Position numbers and translations under genes: made by a program. Below are positions 8,843 through 18,206 of a DNA stretch of 64,000 bases, piece after piece (position 1 is the stretch's first letter; the number at the start of each line of letters is the position of its first letter). Source of the stretch: Bacteriovoracaceae bacterium (GTDB lineage Bacteria > Bdellovibrionota > Bacteriovoracia > Bacteriovoracales > Bacteriovoracaceae); contig JBLWTJ010000001.1 of NCBI GenBank assembly GCA_048270185.1, forward strand, positions 864,001-928,000. Direction: 5' to 3'. Under the pieces are notes generated by a model, which was not told where the DNA came from, did not search any database, and worked only from the letters and a program-made list of their open reading frames with translations.

Positions 8843-10168
8843 ATGGATAGAGAATCATTTTTCAAAGATATGGAAGTCTTGGTGATCGAATCAATTGGTA
8901 ACGCCCGCGTTGCCTACGAGAATGCATTCAAGGCCCTAGGTATTGAGCGCAAGAACGTGCGTTTTGCGAAGACCTTTAATGACGCTCTTATTGAAATGAG
9001 AAATTTCAAACCTTCATTGATCTTCTCATATGAAGTTATTGGCGAGGATCGCTACACTAGTGTTCTAAAAGAACACTTAAAAATTCTACCAAATCGTCTT
9101 AAAAATAGTTTCATTCTTCTGACGCAGAATGATTCAATTGATGCCATTTCAAAAATTGCTCAACAACAAGTCGATCTCGTTCTCCCTATTCCTTTTACAG
9201 TCGAAAGTATAAAGGCCCTTATGGAAGAACTCTATCAAATGAAGTCCTCACCTAGTGAGTATCGTGTTCTTATCAATGAAGCTTATGAATTTATAGGAAA
9301 AGAACACGAAAGAGTTTTTGAAATTACGGCCAAGGCACGAGAAGTTTCAAAGAACCCATTTGAAGCTCATTACCTCGAAGCTCTTTGTCAATTTAAAGAA
9401 GAAAAATACGATGAAGCCGTCATCACTTTAGAGAAGTCTTATGCAATCAATCCAAGAGACTTTAATACATTAAAACTCTTCTTTAAAACTTATAAGCATC
9501 AAAAAAATTACTATATGGCGCTTCAATACTCTCTTAAGCTTCACGCCGACTACCCGATATCACCCGATATGCTAAAAGACTTATCAATGGTTGCAGTAGC
9601 AGCAGGAAAGCATGAGTTAATACTTAACTACTACGAAGCCTATAAGAAAATTAACGAACCATCTGCAGAAATAAAGGACTCTATTGCTGCGGCCCTAGTT
9701 ATCTATGCTCGTTGTGAACTTGCAAAAATTGATTTCTTTAAAGAAGATATGCAGTCACTTTCTAAGAATAAAAAGTACAAAGAGACTCTTAAGCTACTAG
9801 AAGAAGCATCAATTATCTGTACGGACAAACCAGCTATTCTTGAGAAGATGGTAGTGATTTTGACACAAACACCAGATAACAAGACGACAAAATTCATTCA
9901 AGTAAAACAAAAGGAAAAATTTCCAAAATACGAGAATGCACCTCTTATGGATGCCCTTGTTACAGATAAGGACTCTACTCCATCACAGGCCTTGAAAATG
10001 GCCATTGATACCTTAAATAGTGGTTTTAAATCAGAAGAGCTTTATGAAATCATCATCAAAAGATCTATTGAGATGGATAGAAATAAAGAAAGTACGCAAG
10101 AATGGTATGATCAGGCCGTTAAAATCTATCCAAAACTAAAGCCTCGTCTCGATAAAATTTACCGCTAA
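8843..10168 (+). CDS. Atypical receiver domain + TPR repeat protein
   Basis: N-terminal REC-like beta/alpha pattern (VLVIES...PSLIFSYE...PIPFT) without the canonical phospho-Asp/Lys; TPR-like helices (EAHYLEALCQFKEEKYDEAVITLEKSYAINP). Confidence 0.65.
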   Translation: MDRESFFKDMEVLVIESIGNARVAYENAFKALGIERKNVRFAKTFNDALIEMRNFKPSLIFSYEVIGEDRYTSVLKEHLKILPNRLKNSFILLTQNDSIDAISKIAQQQVDLVLPIPFTVESIKALMEELYQMKSSPSEYRVLINEAYEFIGKEHERVFEITAKAREVSKNPFEAHYLEALCQFKEEKYDEAVITLEKSYAINPRDFNTLKLFFKTYKHQKNYYMALQYSLKLHADYPISPDMLKDLSMVAVAAGKHELILNYYEAYKKINEPSAEIKDSIAAALVIYARCELAKIDFFKEDMQSLSKNKKYKETLKLLEEASIICTDKPAILEKMVVILTQTPDNKTTKFIQVKQKEKFPKYENAPLMDALVTDKDSTPSQALKMAIDTLNSGFKSEELYEIIIKRSIEMDRNKESTQEWYDQAVKIYPKLKPRLDKIYR

Positions 10169-10268
10169 ATTGTAATTCCAACCCCTTTGCTGTGCGCAAC
10201 AAGATAAATTACTTTGCATAATTTCCCCAAAATTATATAAAAAAGCAATTTTTTAGGGGGAGATTACC

Positions 10269-10877
10269 ATGATTAGAGCTACGATTCTATTAGTTGCTAT
10301 TGTCTATTTAACAAGTACGATGGCGCAATTTAGAGCACCAAGAATTCCAAGTCACACACAAGCGACTTGCTATGAAAAGCTATGTGCTAATTCACGTGAC
10401 TGTCGTTCACAAGATGAGCGCATGAGAGTTTTTGATGCATGTACAAGACAACTTGATACGAAATGTATTGATAATTCAATGGCCACTCTTTCAAGATATG
10501 ATCAAGATGATATTAACGAGAAAGTTCAAATCGCTCGTTCATGTCAGTATGTATACTCAGCATCACAGGCTATCGTATTTAATAATCTTTCAAGATACGA
10601 TCGCAATGACTTAAGTGAAGTGACTTACTTAAACTCAAGACTATGGCTAGCTGAGCCAGCTTGTCTTGCAAGTGCAGCTTCACGTCTTAGTCGTTATGAC
10701 TTTAACGATGTTGAAGATATAAGAAGAGTAACAGCTCAGTGTACTGGAACGTTCAATGCTCAATGTTTTGAAATTCTATGTAAGAGTAAATGGGACTGTA
10801 ATACTCAAGAAGAAGTAATCAATGCCCTTAGTAGATGTATTAGCGGACCAAGTAAGCAGGACCGCAGAAGACTATAA
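10269..10877 (+). CDS. Secreted Cys-rich internal-repeat protein
   Basis: Signal peptide; three LSRYD.(N/D)D repeats flanked by two C...LC.....C..Q(D/E)E.......C modules. Confidence 0.75.
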   Translation: MIRATILLVAIVYLTSTMAQFRAPRIPSHTQATCYEKLCANSRDCRSQDERMRVFDACTRQLDTKCIDNSMATLSRYDQDDINEKVQIARSCQYVYSASQAIVFNNLSRYDRNDLSEVTYLNSRLWLAEPACLASAASRLSRYDFNDVEDIRRVTAQCTGTFNAQCFEILCKSKWDCNTQEEVINALSRCISGPSKQDRRRL

Positions 10878-10931
10878 GTCGACTATAAAAAATAAAAAGC
10901 TTTACACACAACACACAACACAGGTTTTTTA

Positions 10932-13139
10932 ATGATTAAAAATTTCTTTAAAATAACGGCCATCGGGATGATGGCCAATTTTACACTAGCGAGCCTAGAT
11001 CACCCTATTCTATTCTCCGGACGTCTCCAAAATTCTTGTAGTTTTGTGAGCGATACAACTGTTCTCGACGTTGTTGATTCTCTTTCCGTAGCAATCAAAG
11101 ATATTCGAGACGATCGTTATCGTTGTCAATCGATCTACGCCAACTCGAAAGCATTCCTATCGTCACTATCTGATGGTTACCTGGGTCGTGCTAATGAGGT
11201 TTCAATTGTGGACTCAAACTTAGAGTCTCTATCAAATGAAGTCTATAAGATGGTAACGAATCAGACTTATGCTGGTGAATACGACGCTGAGATCATGGCC
11301 CTTCAACAAAAACGTTCAGAAATTTTAGATGATGAGTATCAGAACAATAATAATGTTATGAACTCTCTTGGGATGGCCGGGGCAATCTTAGATGATCTAA
11401 GAGCAGCACCAGAGTGTGATGAAGACCTTGGAAATAAAATGCTACGTCCGGCAATTATGCTCATGGGACAAGTTGCAGGATCTTTCTACCCTGGCTCAAG
11501 CCTTCTAACGTCGGCTGCCTCAACAGGTCTTGCCAATATGGTTGATAGCCTCGTCTCTTATGTTAATTACAAAGGTGATGAAGCGAGATCGGCACTTGAA
11601 GATTTATACAGAGACCGTAATTACTATGTTTCATATAAGTGTGCTTATAAGAATATCAATGCCATGACTTGTAATCTGCGTCGAAAGGACGCAACACGAG
11701 AAGATGCGGTATGGCTCTACAATTATATCCAAAGCCTTGATACACCTGATAAAGACTTTGAGCGTATTAAAGACCTAAGAAAGCACTACCCAAGATTACA
11801 ACGAATTCTAAGTGAGTTGCGCGATATTTACGAAACAGCTAATCAACAGGATACAATTGTAACGATTGCCACACTTCAAAAAGAGCAAGCAAAGCTTCAG
11901 CTTTTTCAACCAGATCCATACTTTATTCAAGAGTGGTCAGATGAGTACGAAAATATCAAGCCATGGAGTAGCTGGGCACACCAACTGACTTGGTACTCCA
12001 ATGTTAATAAGAAATTAAAAGTTTACTGTCGAGAATTCATGGATGGTAAGTACTGGGTTAATGAGCAATCAGACTGTCAGGAAGATGCCATCGCAAAAAA
12101 TGATGACCGCTCTCTTTATATTCAAGAAGTAATCAAGCCAGCACTTCGAGATCTTGCTGCAGATAAAGAAAGACTTTCGGAAAAACTTAGAAATACTGTT
12201 AACGTTGAAAGACTTTATAAAGTAATCGAGGCCGAAGATAATTGGCGTGATAATAAGAATGAGTTCTCAATCACAGAAGTTATTGAAGCTTTCGAAGATG
12301 ATCTAAGAAATACAGACACAAGACCAGAGGCCACAAGTCTATTTGCAATTCGTATTAGAAAAGCACTAAAGGCACTAAGAGCGCTAGTTAAGTTTGAAAA
12401 TGTTGTGGATAATACAACGACGAGTATGCCAGAAGATTGTGATATCGAGAATCCAACTTGTAAGTGCAATAGTTTCAAGGACCTCTCTCAAGCGGCTTAC
12501 ACATATCTTGCCAACAACCTTTCAGACGGTGATGTTCTTTCAGTCGAGACAATTGATGCTAGTTTTTATAACTATATTAGAACAGTTGAAGAGTACTTCC
12601 TCTACGGTCTACCGTATGCAGAGTCTCCAAAACTTACTTATCAAGACAGTTTAAATTACTCGAAGTATGTTTTCCTTGTTCCAATTTACCGTGGCATTCA
12701 AGAGAATCTTTTACGCGGAAATAATGTTGGGGCAAGTAATATTCCATTACTAAACCGCGCTCGAGAAAGTTTTGAAAAAGTTTTTGGAAAAGAAATTATT
12801 AGTATCCTTCACAAGAATGTGAAGCGTGCACTTGATAAGGGCCCAAGAGATGATATTTACCGTGACACTCTCCACTCTTGTGCGATCTACTATCCAATGA
12901 TTAAGAAGAAAGGCAAGGCCTTGGACTTCAAGCGCCGTGCCGTCGTAAAGAATTGTAAGAAGCTACTTGATAAGAGTGGCGGGATTCCATACCTCATCGA
13001 AGGAAGTGCTAAGTTCTCAACAAAGAATGAGTCCTACCGCTCACAGTGTTTCTACCGTGACTACGAAGAGGCCGTGACAGTTAAGAAAACTGAGCTTGCT
13101 CGTGATCTTGACCGTACAGGTGATTTACCAGAATTATAA
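10932..13139 (+). CDS. Secreted hypothetical protein
   Basis: 735-aa ORF with signal-peptide-like N-terminus and scattered Cys. Confidence 0.75.
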   Translation: MIKNFFKITAIGMMANFTLASLDHPILFSGRLQNSCSFVSDTTVLDVVDSLSVAIKDIRDDRYRCQSIYANSKAFLSSLSDGYLGRANEVSIVDSNLESLSNEVYKMVTNQTYAGEYDAEIMALQQKRSEILDDEYQNNNNVMNSLGMAGAILDDLRAAPECDEDLGNKMLRPAIMLMGQVAGSFYPGSSLLTSAASTGLANMVDSLVSYVNYKGDEARSALEDLYRDRNYYVSYKCAYKNINAMTCNLRRKDATREDAVWLYNYIQSLDTPDKDFERIKDLRKHYPRLQRILSELRDIYETANQQDTIVTIATLQKEQAKLQLFQPDPYFIQEWSDEYENIKPWSSWAHQLTWYSNVNKKLKVYCREFMDGKYWVNEQSDCQEDAIAKNDDRSLYIQEVIKPALRDLAADKERLSEKLRNTVNVERLYKVIEAEDNWRDNKNEFSITEVIEAFEDDLRNTDTRPEATSLFAIRIRKALKALRALVKFENVVDNTTTSMPEDCDIENPTCKCNSFKDLSQAAYTYLANNLSDGDVLSVETIDASFYNYIRTVEEYFLYGLPYAESPKLTYQDSLNYSKYVFLVPIYRGIQENLLRGNNVGASNIPLLNRARESFEKVFGKEIISILHKNVKRALDKGPRDDIYRDTLHSCAIYYPMIKKKGKALDFKRRAVVKNCKKLLDKSGGIPYLIEGSAKFSTKNESYRSQCFYRDYEEAVTVKKTELARDLDRTGDLPEL

Positions 13140-13143
13140 TATT

Positions 13144-13164
13144 GCCAACCTTTAGAAGGTTGGC
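13144..13164 (+). terminator. Hairpin after 735-aa gene
   Basis: GCCAACCTT-TAG-AAGGTTGGC. Confidence 0.55.
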
Positions 13165-13194
13165 TATTATTCTTCTACGAAATATTCCAATTGA

Positions 13195-13270
13195 GGGCCT
13201 TTAGCTCAGCTGGGAGAGCGCTTCGCTGGCAGCGAAGAGGTCAGCGGTTCGATCCCGCTAAGGTCCACCA
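13195..13270 (+). tRNA. tRNA-Ala (GGC)
   Basis: 76 nt; acceptor stem GGGCCTT/AAGGTCC with G3:U70; anticodon arm CTTCG-CTGGCAG-CGAAG; T-loop TTCGATC; encoded CCA. Confidence 0.97.
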
Positions 13271-13285
13271 TTTTTCTTTCTTACA
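13263..13285 (+). repeat. att core copy 1 (tRNA 3' end)
   Basis: GTCCACCATTTTTCTTTCTTACA. Confidence 0.9.
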
Positions 13286-13339
13286 TTTTTCAATCAAAAT
13301 TCAGTTCAAGCTAACCACCCAATAACATTACTAACCATG

Positions 13340-13352
13340 TATCAACTACTTG
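13340..13352 (+). promoter_or_regulatory. IHF-consensus site in att arm
   Basis: TATCAACTACTTG fits WATCAANNNNTTR exactly, 55 bp from the att core. Confidence 0.55.
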
Positions 13353-13369
13353 TGTTCGCTGTTTCTTCT

Positions 13370-13433
13370 AAAAGTCTTCCAGAATCTCTTCAAGTCTCTA
13401 CCGTTGGCTAATCTTGGCTAAAATTTTGGCTAA
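13370..13433 (+). repeat. Putative integrase arm-type sites
   Basis: 13370-13409 matches 36192-36231 at 31/40 positions ungapped; TTGGCTAA x3 at 13404, 13414, 13426. Confidence 0.55.
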
Positions 13434-13444
13434 CGTGGTTGTAG

Positions 13445-13465
13445 CACTATGCCGGAATTACCAGA
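13445..13465 (+). repeat. fpg/mutM-start-like direct repeat, left copy
   Basis: CACTATGCCGGAATTACCAGA, 20/21 identical to 30005-30025; translates MPELPDV*. Confidence 0.7.
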
Positions 13466-13585
13466 TGTATAGACCCGACTTATTGAACAACTAATTAAAT
13501 CAATGAGATAGTATTGTTTATGGGCATTTCAGCGTTTTAGTCATTTCATTTCTTTTCACATCTTTTAACGTCATTTCACAAAAAC

Positions 13586-13612
13586 AGTCGTGAAAGTCGT
13601 GAGAGTCGTGAG
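13586..13612 (+). repeat. 3 x 9-bp tandem repeat (arm-site/iteron-like)
   Basis: AGTCGTGAA AGTCGTGAG AGTCGTGAG. Confidence 0.7.
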
Positions 13613-13700
13613 AAGTTTTACCAGTTTATTCCCCATATTTAGCCTGCTCAAAAAGCCTTTATTAACAGCTATTTTTAGCAATAAACAACGGAGGCAAGAA

Positions 13701-14051
13701 ATGTCTAAAAAAGAAAACAAGAATGTTACTTACAATTCTCTAAGAGTTAAAAATGAAACTAAAGCTTTGCTACAAAATTTATTAGCAAAGATTAACAAGA
13801 ATGAAGATTGCGGGAAAATCACCTCTGACAAAATCATTCATCACTTAGTTAAAAATGTGACAAATGAAGACATCAAAGCACTACAGCTAGAATCTATAAC
13901 ATGGGAGCATGAAGATCGTAGATTGAAGAAGCTTTGGGAAAAGAAAAAAGGCAAAATTTCTGAGAATAAATGGAAGGAAATGCTCTACATTGGTCAACTT
14001 GCTGAGTTCATAAATGAACATTCTAGGCTGAAAGTTGGGGCAAATGCTTAG
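13701..14051 (+). CDS. Island hypothetical protein, possible RHH-type DNA-binding
   Basis: ATG 13701 follows GGAGG SD; YNSLRVKNETKALLQNLL strand-helix pattern. Confidence 0.6.
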   Translation: MSKKENKNVTYNSLRVKNETKALLQNLLAKINKNEDCGKITSDKIIHHLVKNVTNEDIKALQLESITWEHEDRRLKKLWEKKKGKISENKWKEMLYIGQLAEFINEHSRLKVGANA

Positions 14052-14122
14052 AGAGAATATGTACATTAATCAGGGGAGACTGTCACATTTCTTCCCTGAT
14101 TATAAAGACTTACAGTTAAACC

Positions 14123-14153
14123 TTGACAAACTACGCTAAGTAGCGTAGTTTGT
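14123..14153 (+). promoter_or_regulatory. Sigma70 promoter with palindromic TA operator
   Basis: TTGACA-17-TAGTTT overlapped by ACAAACTACGCTA-AG-TAGCGTAGTTTGT. Confidence 0.75.
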
Positions 14154-14167
14154 AAAAAAGATTAAGG

Positions 14168-14488
14168 ATGATTAGCAAGAAAATTATTTATTACACACTG
14201 GAAAACGGAGACTCCCCCTTTGAGAATTGGCTCAAGAAATTAGACAATTTAAGCCGAGCAATTGTCGTTAGATTTGTTCAAAGAGTTGCAACTGGAGGAG
14301 CAAAAAAATCCATCAAAGCTTTAAAAGATGGAATTTTTGAAATTAAAATAACTCACGGCCCAGGTTATAGAGTTTACTTTGCTGAAGATGGTGATGAGAT
14401 CATTATTCTTTTAGTTGGTGGTGACAAGAAAACCCAAAGTCGTGACATTGATAAAGCAAAGGAGTATTGGAGGAATTATGGCAAATAG
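14168..14488 (+). CDS. RelE/HigB-like addiction module killer protein
   Basis: SPFENWLKKL...GIFEIKITHGPGYRVYF...LLVGGDKKTQSRDI..AK.YW. Confidence 0.88.
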   Translation: MISKKIIYYTLENGDSPFENWLKKLDNLSRAIVVRFVQRVATGGAKKSIKALKDGIFEIKITHGPGYRVYFAEDGDEIIILLVGGDKKTQSRDIDKAKEYWRNYGK

Positions 14489-14789
14489 ACATAAAGACTT
14501 TAATGAATTGGTCGCTCAAGAATTTGAAGATTTAGGTTTTGCTCAAGCATATATTACAAATTTGATAAACAATGAAGACCTTACTTTGGAAGATGCCCTA
14601 AGAGAATCAATCAAATCTATGGGCCTACAAGCATTTGCTGAAAAGGCAGAAATTTCTATTTCTTATGTCTCTGACTTCGTAAATAAACGTCGCAAATGGA
14701 GCACTGATAATCTTGTGAAATACATTGAGCAAGTGTTCAATCTAAAAATAAAAATGAGCGTAGAAGTTCAAAATAACGAAGTGGCTTAG
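14478..14789 (+). CDS. Addiction module antidote (HTH antitoxin)
   Basis: Overlaps the toxin end; ATG after GGAGG; FAQAYI...ALRESIKSMGLQAFAEKAEIS HTH. Confidence 0.75.
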   Translation: MANRHKDFNELVAQEFEDLGFAQAYITNLINNEDLTLEDALRESIKSMGLQAFAEKAEISISYVSDFVNKRRKWSTDNLVKYIEQVFNLKIKMSVEVQNNEVA

Positions 14790-14829
14790 CTGCCGCTTTG
14801 TTCGTAATTGCTAATACATATGAGGCTGC

Positions 14830-15288
14830 CTATGCAGCCTCTAGGTTGTCTTCAATAAAATTTTCAAGATCATATAACCAGTAATAATTTGATCCATTAT
14901 CGAATGTAATTACTTGGTCATCTTGCTCTAATCCGTCCATATATTCTGATTTAGCAATATCCCATGCAATTGGGTCTTGCTCTTTCATAACTTCAACTGT
15001 CAAAAGTTCAAGAAATCCAACTTTAGTTGTTTCGCCATAGCAATCTTCAATCATTTGCTCGAAACTTTCAGTTATATCAACTGTTTCAAGGTTCTCTTCG
15101 AGTATGTTTTCGATAACCCAATCAGTTCCATATTCACACCCATATTCAGGTAATAGCCTCATCAGATCGTCTGAGTGACATGTCTTACAAGTTCCAGTTG
15201 GTGCTTCCTTGTAACATGAGTAACAAAATGGAATAGTTTTATTGAAAGCTATTTTTTCTAAATTTTTATTAATTTCTTTTAAACACAT
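14830..15288 (-). CDS. Acidic Zn-ribbon protein (candidate DNA mimic / anti-defence)
   Basis: ATG 15288 after AGGAG; CxxC...CxxC; about 34 D/E vs 10 K/R by hand count. Confidence 0.65.
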   Translation of the reverse strand: MCLKEINKNLEKIAFNKTIPFCYSCYKEAPTGTCKTCHSDDLMRLLPEYGCEYGTDWVIENILEENLETVDITESFEQMIEDCYGETTKVGFLELLTVEVMKEQDPIAWDIAKSEYMDGLEQDDQVITFDNGSNYYWLYDLENFIEDNLEAA

Positions 15289-15294
15289 AATTTT

Positions 15295-15462
15295 GCTCCT
15301 ATATAATTGTTTCATTTCTTGGAAGCCGAAGTAACGAAGTCGAGTGCATTTCAAGGAAAAACTCGGAGGGTTCCCTCTGGGAGACCGTGTTTTTCCTTGA
15401 AATGTTAGGGAGCGTAGTGAATGAATAGCGTACAAAATGAAGACAATTTATATATTAGGAGC
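15295..15462 (-). promoter_or_regulatory. Large nested stem-loop (ssDNA promoter/Frpo-like or translational switch)
   Basis: Perfect 16-bp IR 15347-15362/15389-15404 plus outer arms GCTCCT/AGGAGC, ATATAATTGT/ACAATTTATAT, TTCATTT/AAATGAA. Confidence 0.5.
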
Positions 15463-15533
15463 TTTAATCAGTTTACTAAGAAGCAAATAATTGAAATAAA
15501 TAACTAATAATACAGTTCTTGTTAGGGGTTACT

Positions 15534-17330
15534 ATGTCAAACAATGAAAAAAAGAATTTCACACTCGATAATTTGATTGAGATTTTTACTGAAAACGACT
15601 GTATTGAGAAATGTTTATCTAAAATCTCGAAAGAAAAAAATGATGATACTGAAATAGACAAAGATGTGTTGTTAATCGAAGAAGTCTTAAGACTTGGCTT
15701 GGATGGAAAAAACGAAAAGGAACCATTTAAACCTTTCATGGAATATCAGGGCAAGAGAACATTGTCGTTGGAAGATATAAAGACAGAACAATATCAGGTA
15801 ATAGAAAACTTAATTGGTAAAATAAAAAGTCATCATGTCAATGCTAGACTAGCAGATGTCCTCTGGGCCGGATGCCAAGATTACCCAAAAGTAGAACTGG
15901 CACTAGAATCTTATCTTTCATACATAGAAGACTTTGTTAGCAGTGAAGAAAAAAGATCAAAGGCACTAATACGAGATGAATTAAAGAGATGTTCCTCTCT
16001 TCTGCGTTTAACTAAAGACAAAGATACTCTTAAAGAAAGATTGTCTAATATTTTCAAAATATTAATTAGTCCTAAAGACAAGGAGCCAAGTGACTTTACA
16101 AGATTTATCTATTTTAAGATTTACGCTTTTGCAAACCTTGAAGATGATAAGAATATTATTCAAATGTCAGAGAATTATGCAGATGAATCAAAAACTCAGA
16201 AGCACTTTAGAAAATATCGTGACTACTTAGATATATGTTTAAAGTTACACAAAAAAGCAAAAGACGTTGATAAAAGAGATCAGACCCTTAATCTTATTTG
16301 TGACTCATATTTCGATGAAATTAAAAGTATAAAAGAAGACGGGGGCAATGGCCTAATGTTAACCGAAGCATGCTCAAGAGCTTTGTACGAAAATATGATG
16401 GCACATAAAATAACGAGAAGTCGAAAAGAAGCAATTGATGATATACATGCAGAATTAAATAATGCCTCACTTAAATCACAAGATGAAATGAAGTCTTCTC
16501 CATTTGACATAGACCTTTCAAAACCAATGGAAGAAACATTTAAAGCAATTGAGAAGCTAGATACTATAAATGGTATATTGGCTTTAACTTATAAAACGAT
16601 TCCTCAAGAAGTTGAATATTATCAAAATCATGCAAAAGAAGCTGTAAAGGGTTCTCTGCGCCATTTGTTTTCGACAATACATTATGATGACAATGCGAGA
16701 ATAGTTGATAGAGATAATGGCCTCTCTTTTGAGAATGAAGATGAGAATGCTTCGATTTTACTCTCAGAAGCCTTATTTCTATTTAAAAACGGAGTCTTAA
16801 TAAAAGGAACTTGCATAGATCACGGCAGAAATACTCTCCTTCTTAGACATGACATCACTGAATATGATTTTGAAAGTTTTCTTACAAATAATCCTTTTAT
16901 ACCTCCAAACAGAATCTCCATAATCAGAAAAGCCTTATGGTATGGGTTTATTGGGAAATGGGAAGAATCAATGTATTTATTAGTCCCTCAATTTGAAAAC
17001 TGTTTTCGGCATTTCTTAGAAAATGTAGGTGTAATAGTTACTCTTATTGATGAAGATATAGTTCAACAAGAAAGAACTTTAAGCTCTCTGTTACATCTAC
17101 CTGAATTTAAAAAAGTATTTGGTGAAGCTCATCTCTTTCAAATTAAAGCTCTTTTGTCAGAAAATAAAGGTTTTAACTTCAGGAACAGGCTTTCACATGG
17201 ACTAATTGGAGATGATTTCTACGACTCATGTTCTTATTTCTCTCCATTTGTTTGGGGCTATTTCATTTACCTTAGCTATATGCTTAGGGAAACTTTCTAT
17301 GAAAAGCTCAACCAAGTCAAAGAAATCTAA
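15534..17330 (+). CDS. DUF4209 domain protein (C-terminal HEPN-like RxxxxH)
   Basis: LVPQFENCFR...TLSSLL...GFNFRNRLSHGL. Confidence 0.7.
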   Translation: MSNNEKKNFTLDNLIEIFTENDCIEKCLSKISKEKNDDTEIDKDVLLIEEVLRLGLDGKNEKEPFKPFMEYQGKRTLSLEDIKTEQYQVIENLIGKIKSHHVNARLADVLWAGCQDYPKVELALESYLSYIEDFVSSEEKRSKALIRDELKRCSSLLRLTKDKDTLKERLSNIFKILISPKDKEPSDFTRFIYFKIYAFANLEDDKNIIQMSENYADESKTQKHFRKYRDYLDICLKLHKKAKDVDKRDQTLNLICDSYFDEIKSIKEDGGNGLMLTEACSRALYENMMAHKITRSRKEAIDDIHAELNNASLKSQDEMKSSPFDIDLSKPMEETFKAIEKLDTINGILALTYKTIPQEVEYYQNHAKEAVKGSLRHLFSTIHYDDNARIVDRDNGLSFENEDENASILLSEALFLFKNGVLIKGTCIDHGRNTLLLRHDITEYDFESFLTNNPFIPPNRISIIRKALWYGFIGKWEESMYLLVPQFENCFRHFLENVGVIVTLIDEDIVQQERTLSSLLHLPEFKKVFGEAHLFQIKALLSENKGFNFRNRLSHGLIGDDFYDSCSYFSPFVWGYFIYLSYMLRETFYEKLNQVKEI

Positions 17331-18175
17331 TCACAGCTATTAGAACAGCAGGGCTTATCTTTACCTTCTACTTTCTTCTGTGGTCTTGAAAGTTTAATTA
17401 TTGTAAATCCACCTTTAATAACAATAAAAGATACAAATGCTCCAATAACAAGGTCTGGAATATTGCTGTTTAGATAATAAACGAGGACACCTGATACAAT
17501 AACACCAGTATTTACAATGACATCATTTGCTGAAAATATCCAACTAGCCTTCATGTGAACCTCACCATCTTTATGTTTGTGTATCAAAACTAAGCATAAA
17601 ACATTAGCAATTAGGGCAATTATTGAAATAATGATCATGTAATTGGATAGAGGTTCACTTCCTGTGTAAAACTTTCGACCTACTTCAACAAGACATAAAA
17701 GGCCTAACGATATTTGCATGATACCACTAAGAAAGGCTGTTCTATTTTTTGTAACAATGCTTCTTCCGACAGCATACAAGCTGATACCATACACAAATGA
17801 GTCGGCTAACATATCCAATCCATCTGCTATTAATCCTGTAGATTCTGCATAAATCCCAACAAATATCTCAACGATGAACATTGTAAAATTTATCGCTAAC
17901 AAATATTTAAGGGTTCTTGCTTCAACACTAGGCCCAATATCAGGTATGTCTTCTTCAGAAATACTTTCAGTTGAAACAAGTTCGCCAGGTAATGATACAT
18001 TCTTTAATTCATTCAAAATCATATCACTAGTTATACTATGGTAAAAAGTAACAACTCTTTTATCTAAATCAAATTCTGCCTTTATATCCGTGCTAATCTT
18101 CTCAATAAGACTTTCTATTATTTTAACTTCAGACGGGCAGTCCATCTTTTGAATTTTAACAATACTCTTTTTCAT
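17327..18175 (-). CDS. Cation transporter (HMA-like N-terminus + cation efflux domain)
   Basis: KMDCPSE; STGLIADGLDMLAD; HMKASWIFSANDV. Confidence 0.85.
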   Translation of the reverse strand: MKKSIVKIQKMDCPSEVKIIESLIEKISTDIKAEFDLDKRVVTFYHSITSDMILNELKNVSLPGELVSTESISEEDIPDIGPSVEARTLKYLLAINFTMFIVEIFVGIYAESTGLIADGLDMLADSFVYGISLYAVGRSIVTKNRTAFLSGIMQISLGLLCLVEVGRKFYTGSEPLSNYMIIISIIALIANVLCLVLIHKHKDGEVHMKASWIFSANDVIVNTGVIVSGVLVYYLNSNIPDLVIGAFVSFIVIKGGFTIIKLSRPQKKVEGKDKPCCSNSCD

Positions 18176-18206
18176 TTTTTTCCTTTTCTTATAACTCACT
18201 TAGATA

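Noticed and set aside
13125..13136. TTACCAGAATTA at the end of the 735-aa gene also matches the right fpg-like repeat region
   Set aside because: Only 12 bp, AT-rich, within coding sequence and lacking the GCCGGAA core; likely chance
13590..13700. N-terminal extension of ORF 13590..14051
   Set aside because: Runs through the 9-bp repeats; the SD supports ATG 13701
15289..15435. N-terminal extension of ORF 14830..15435
   Set aside because: Crosses the hairpin element; the SD supports ATG 15288
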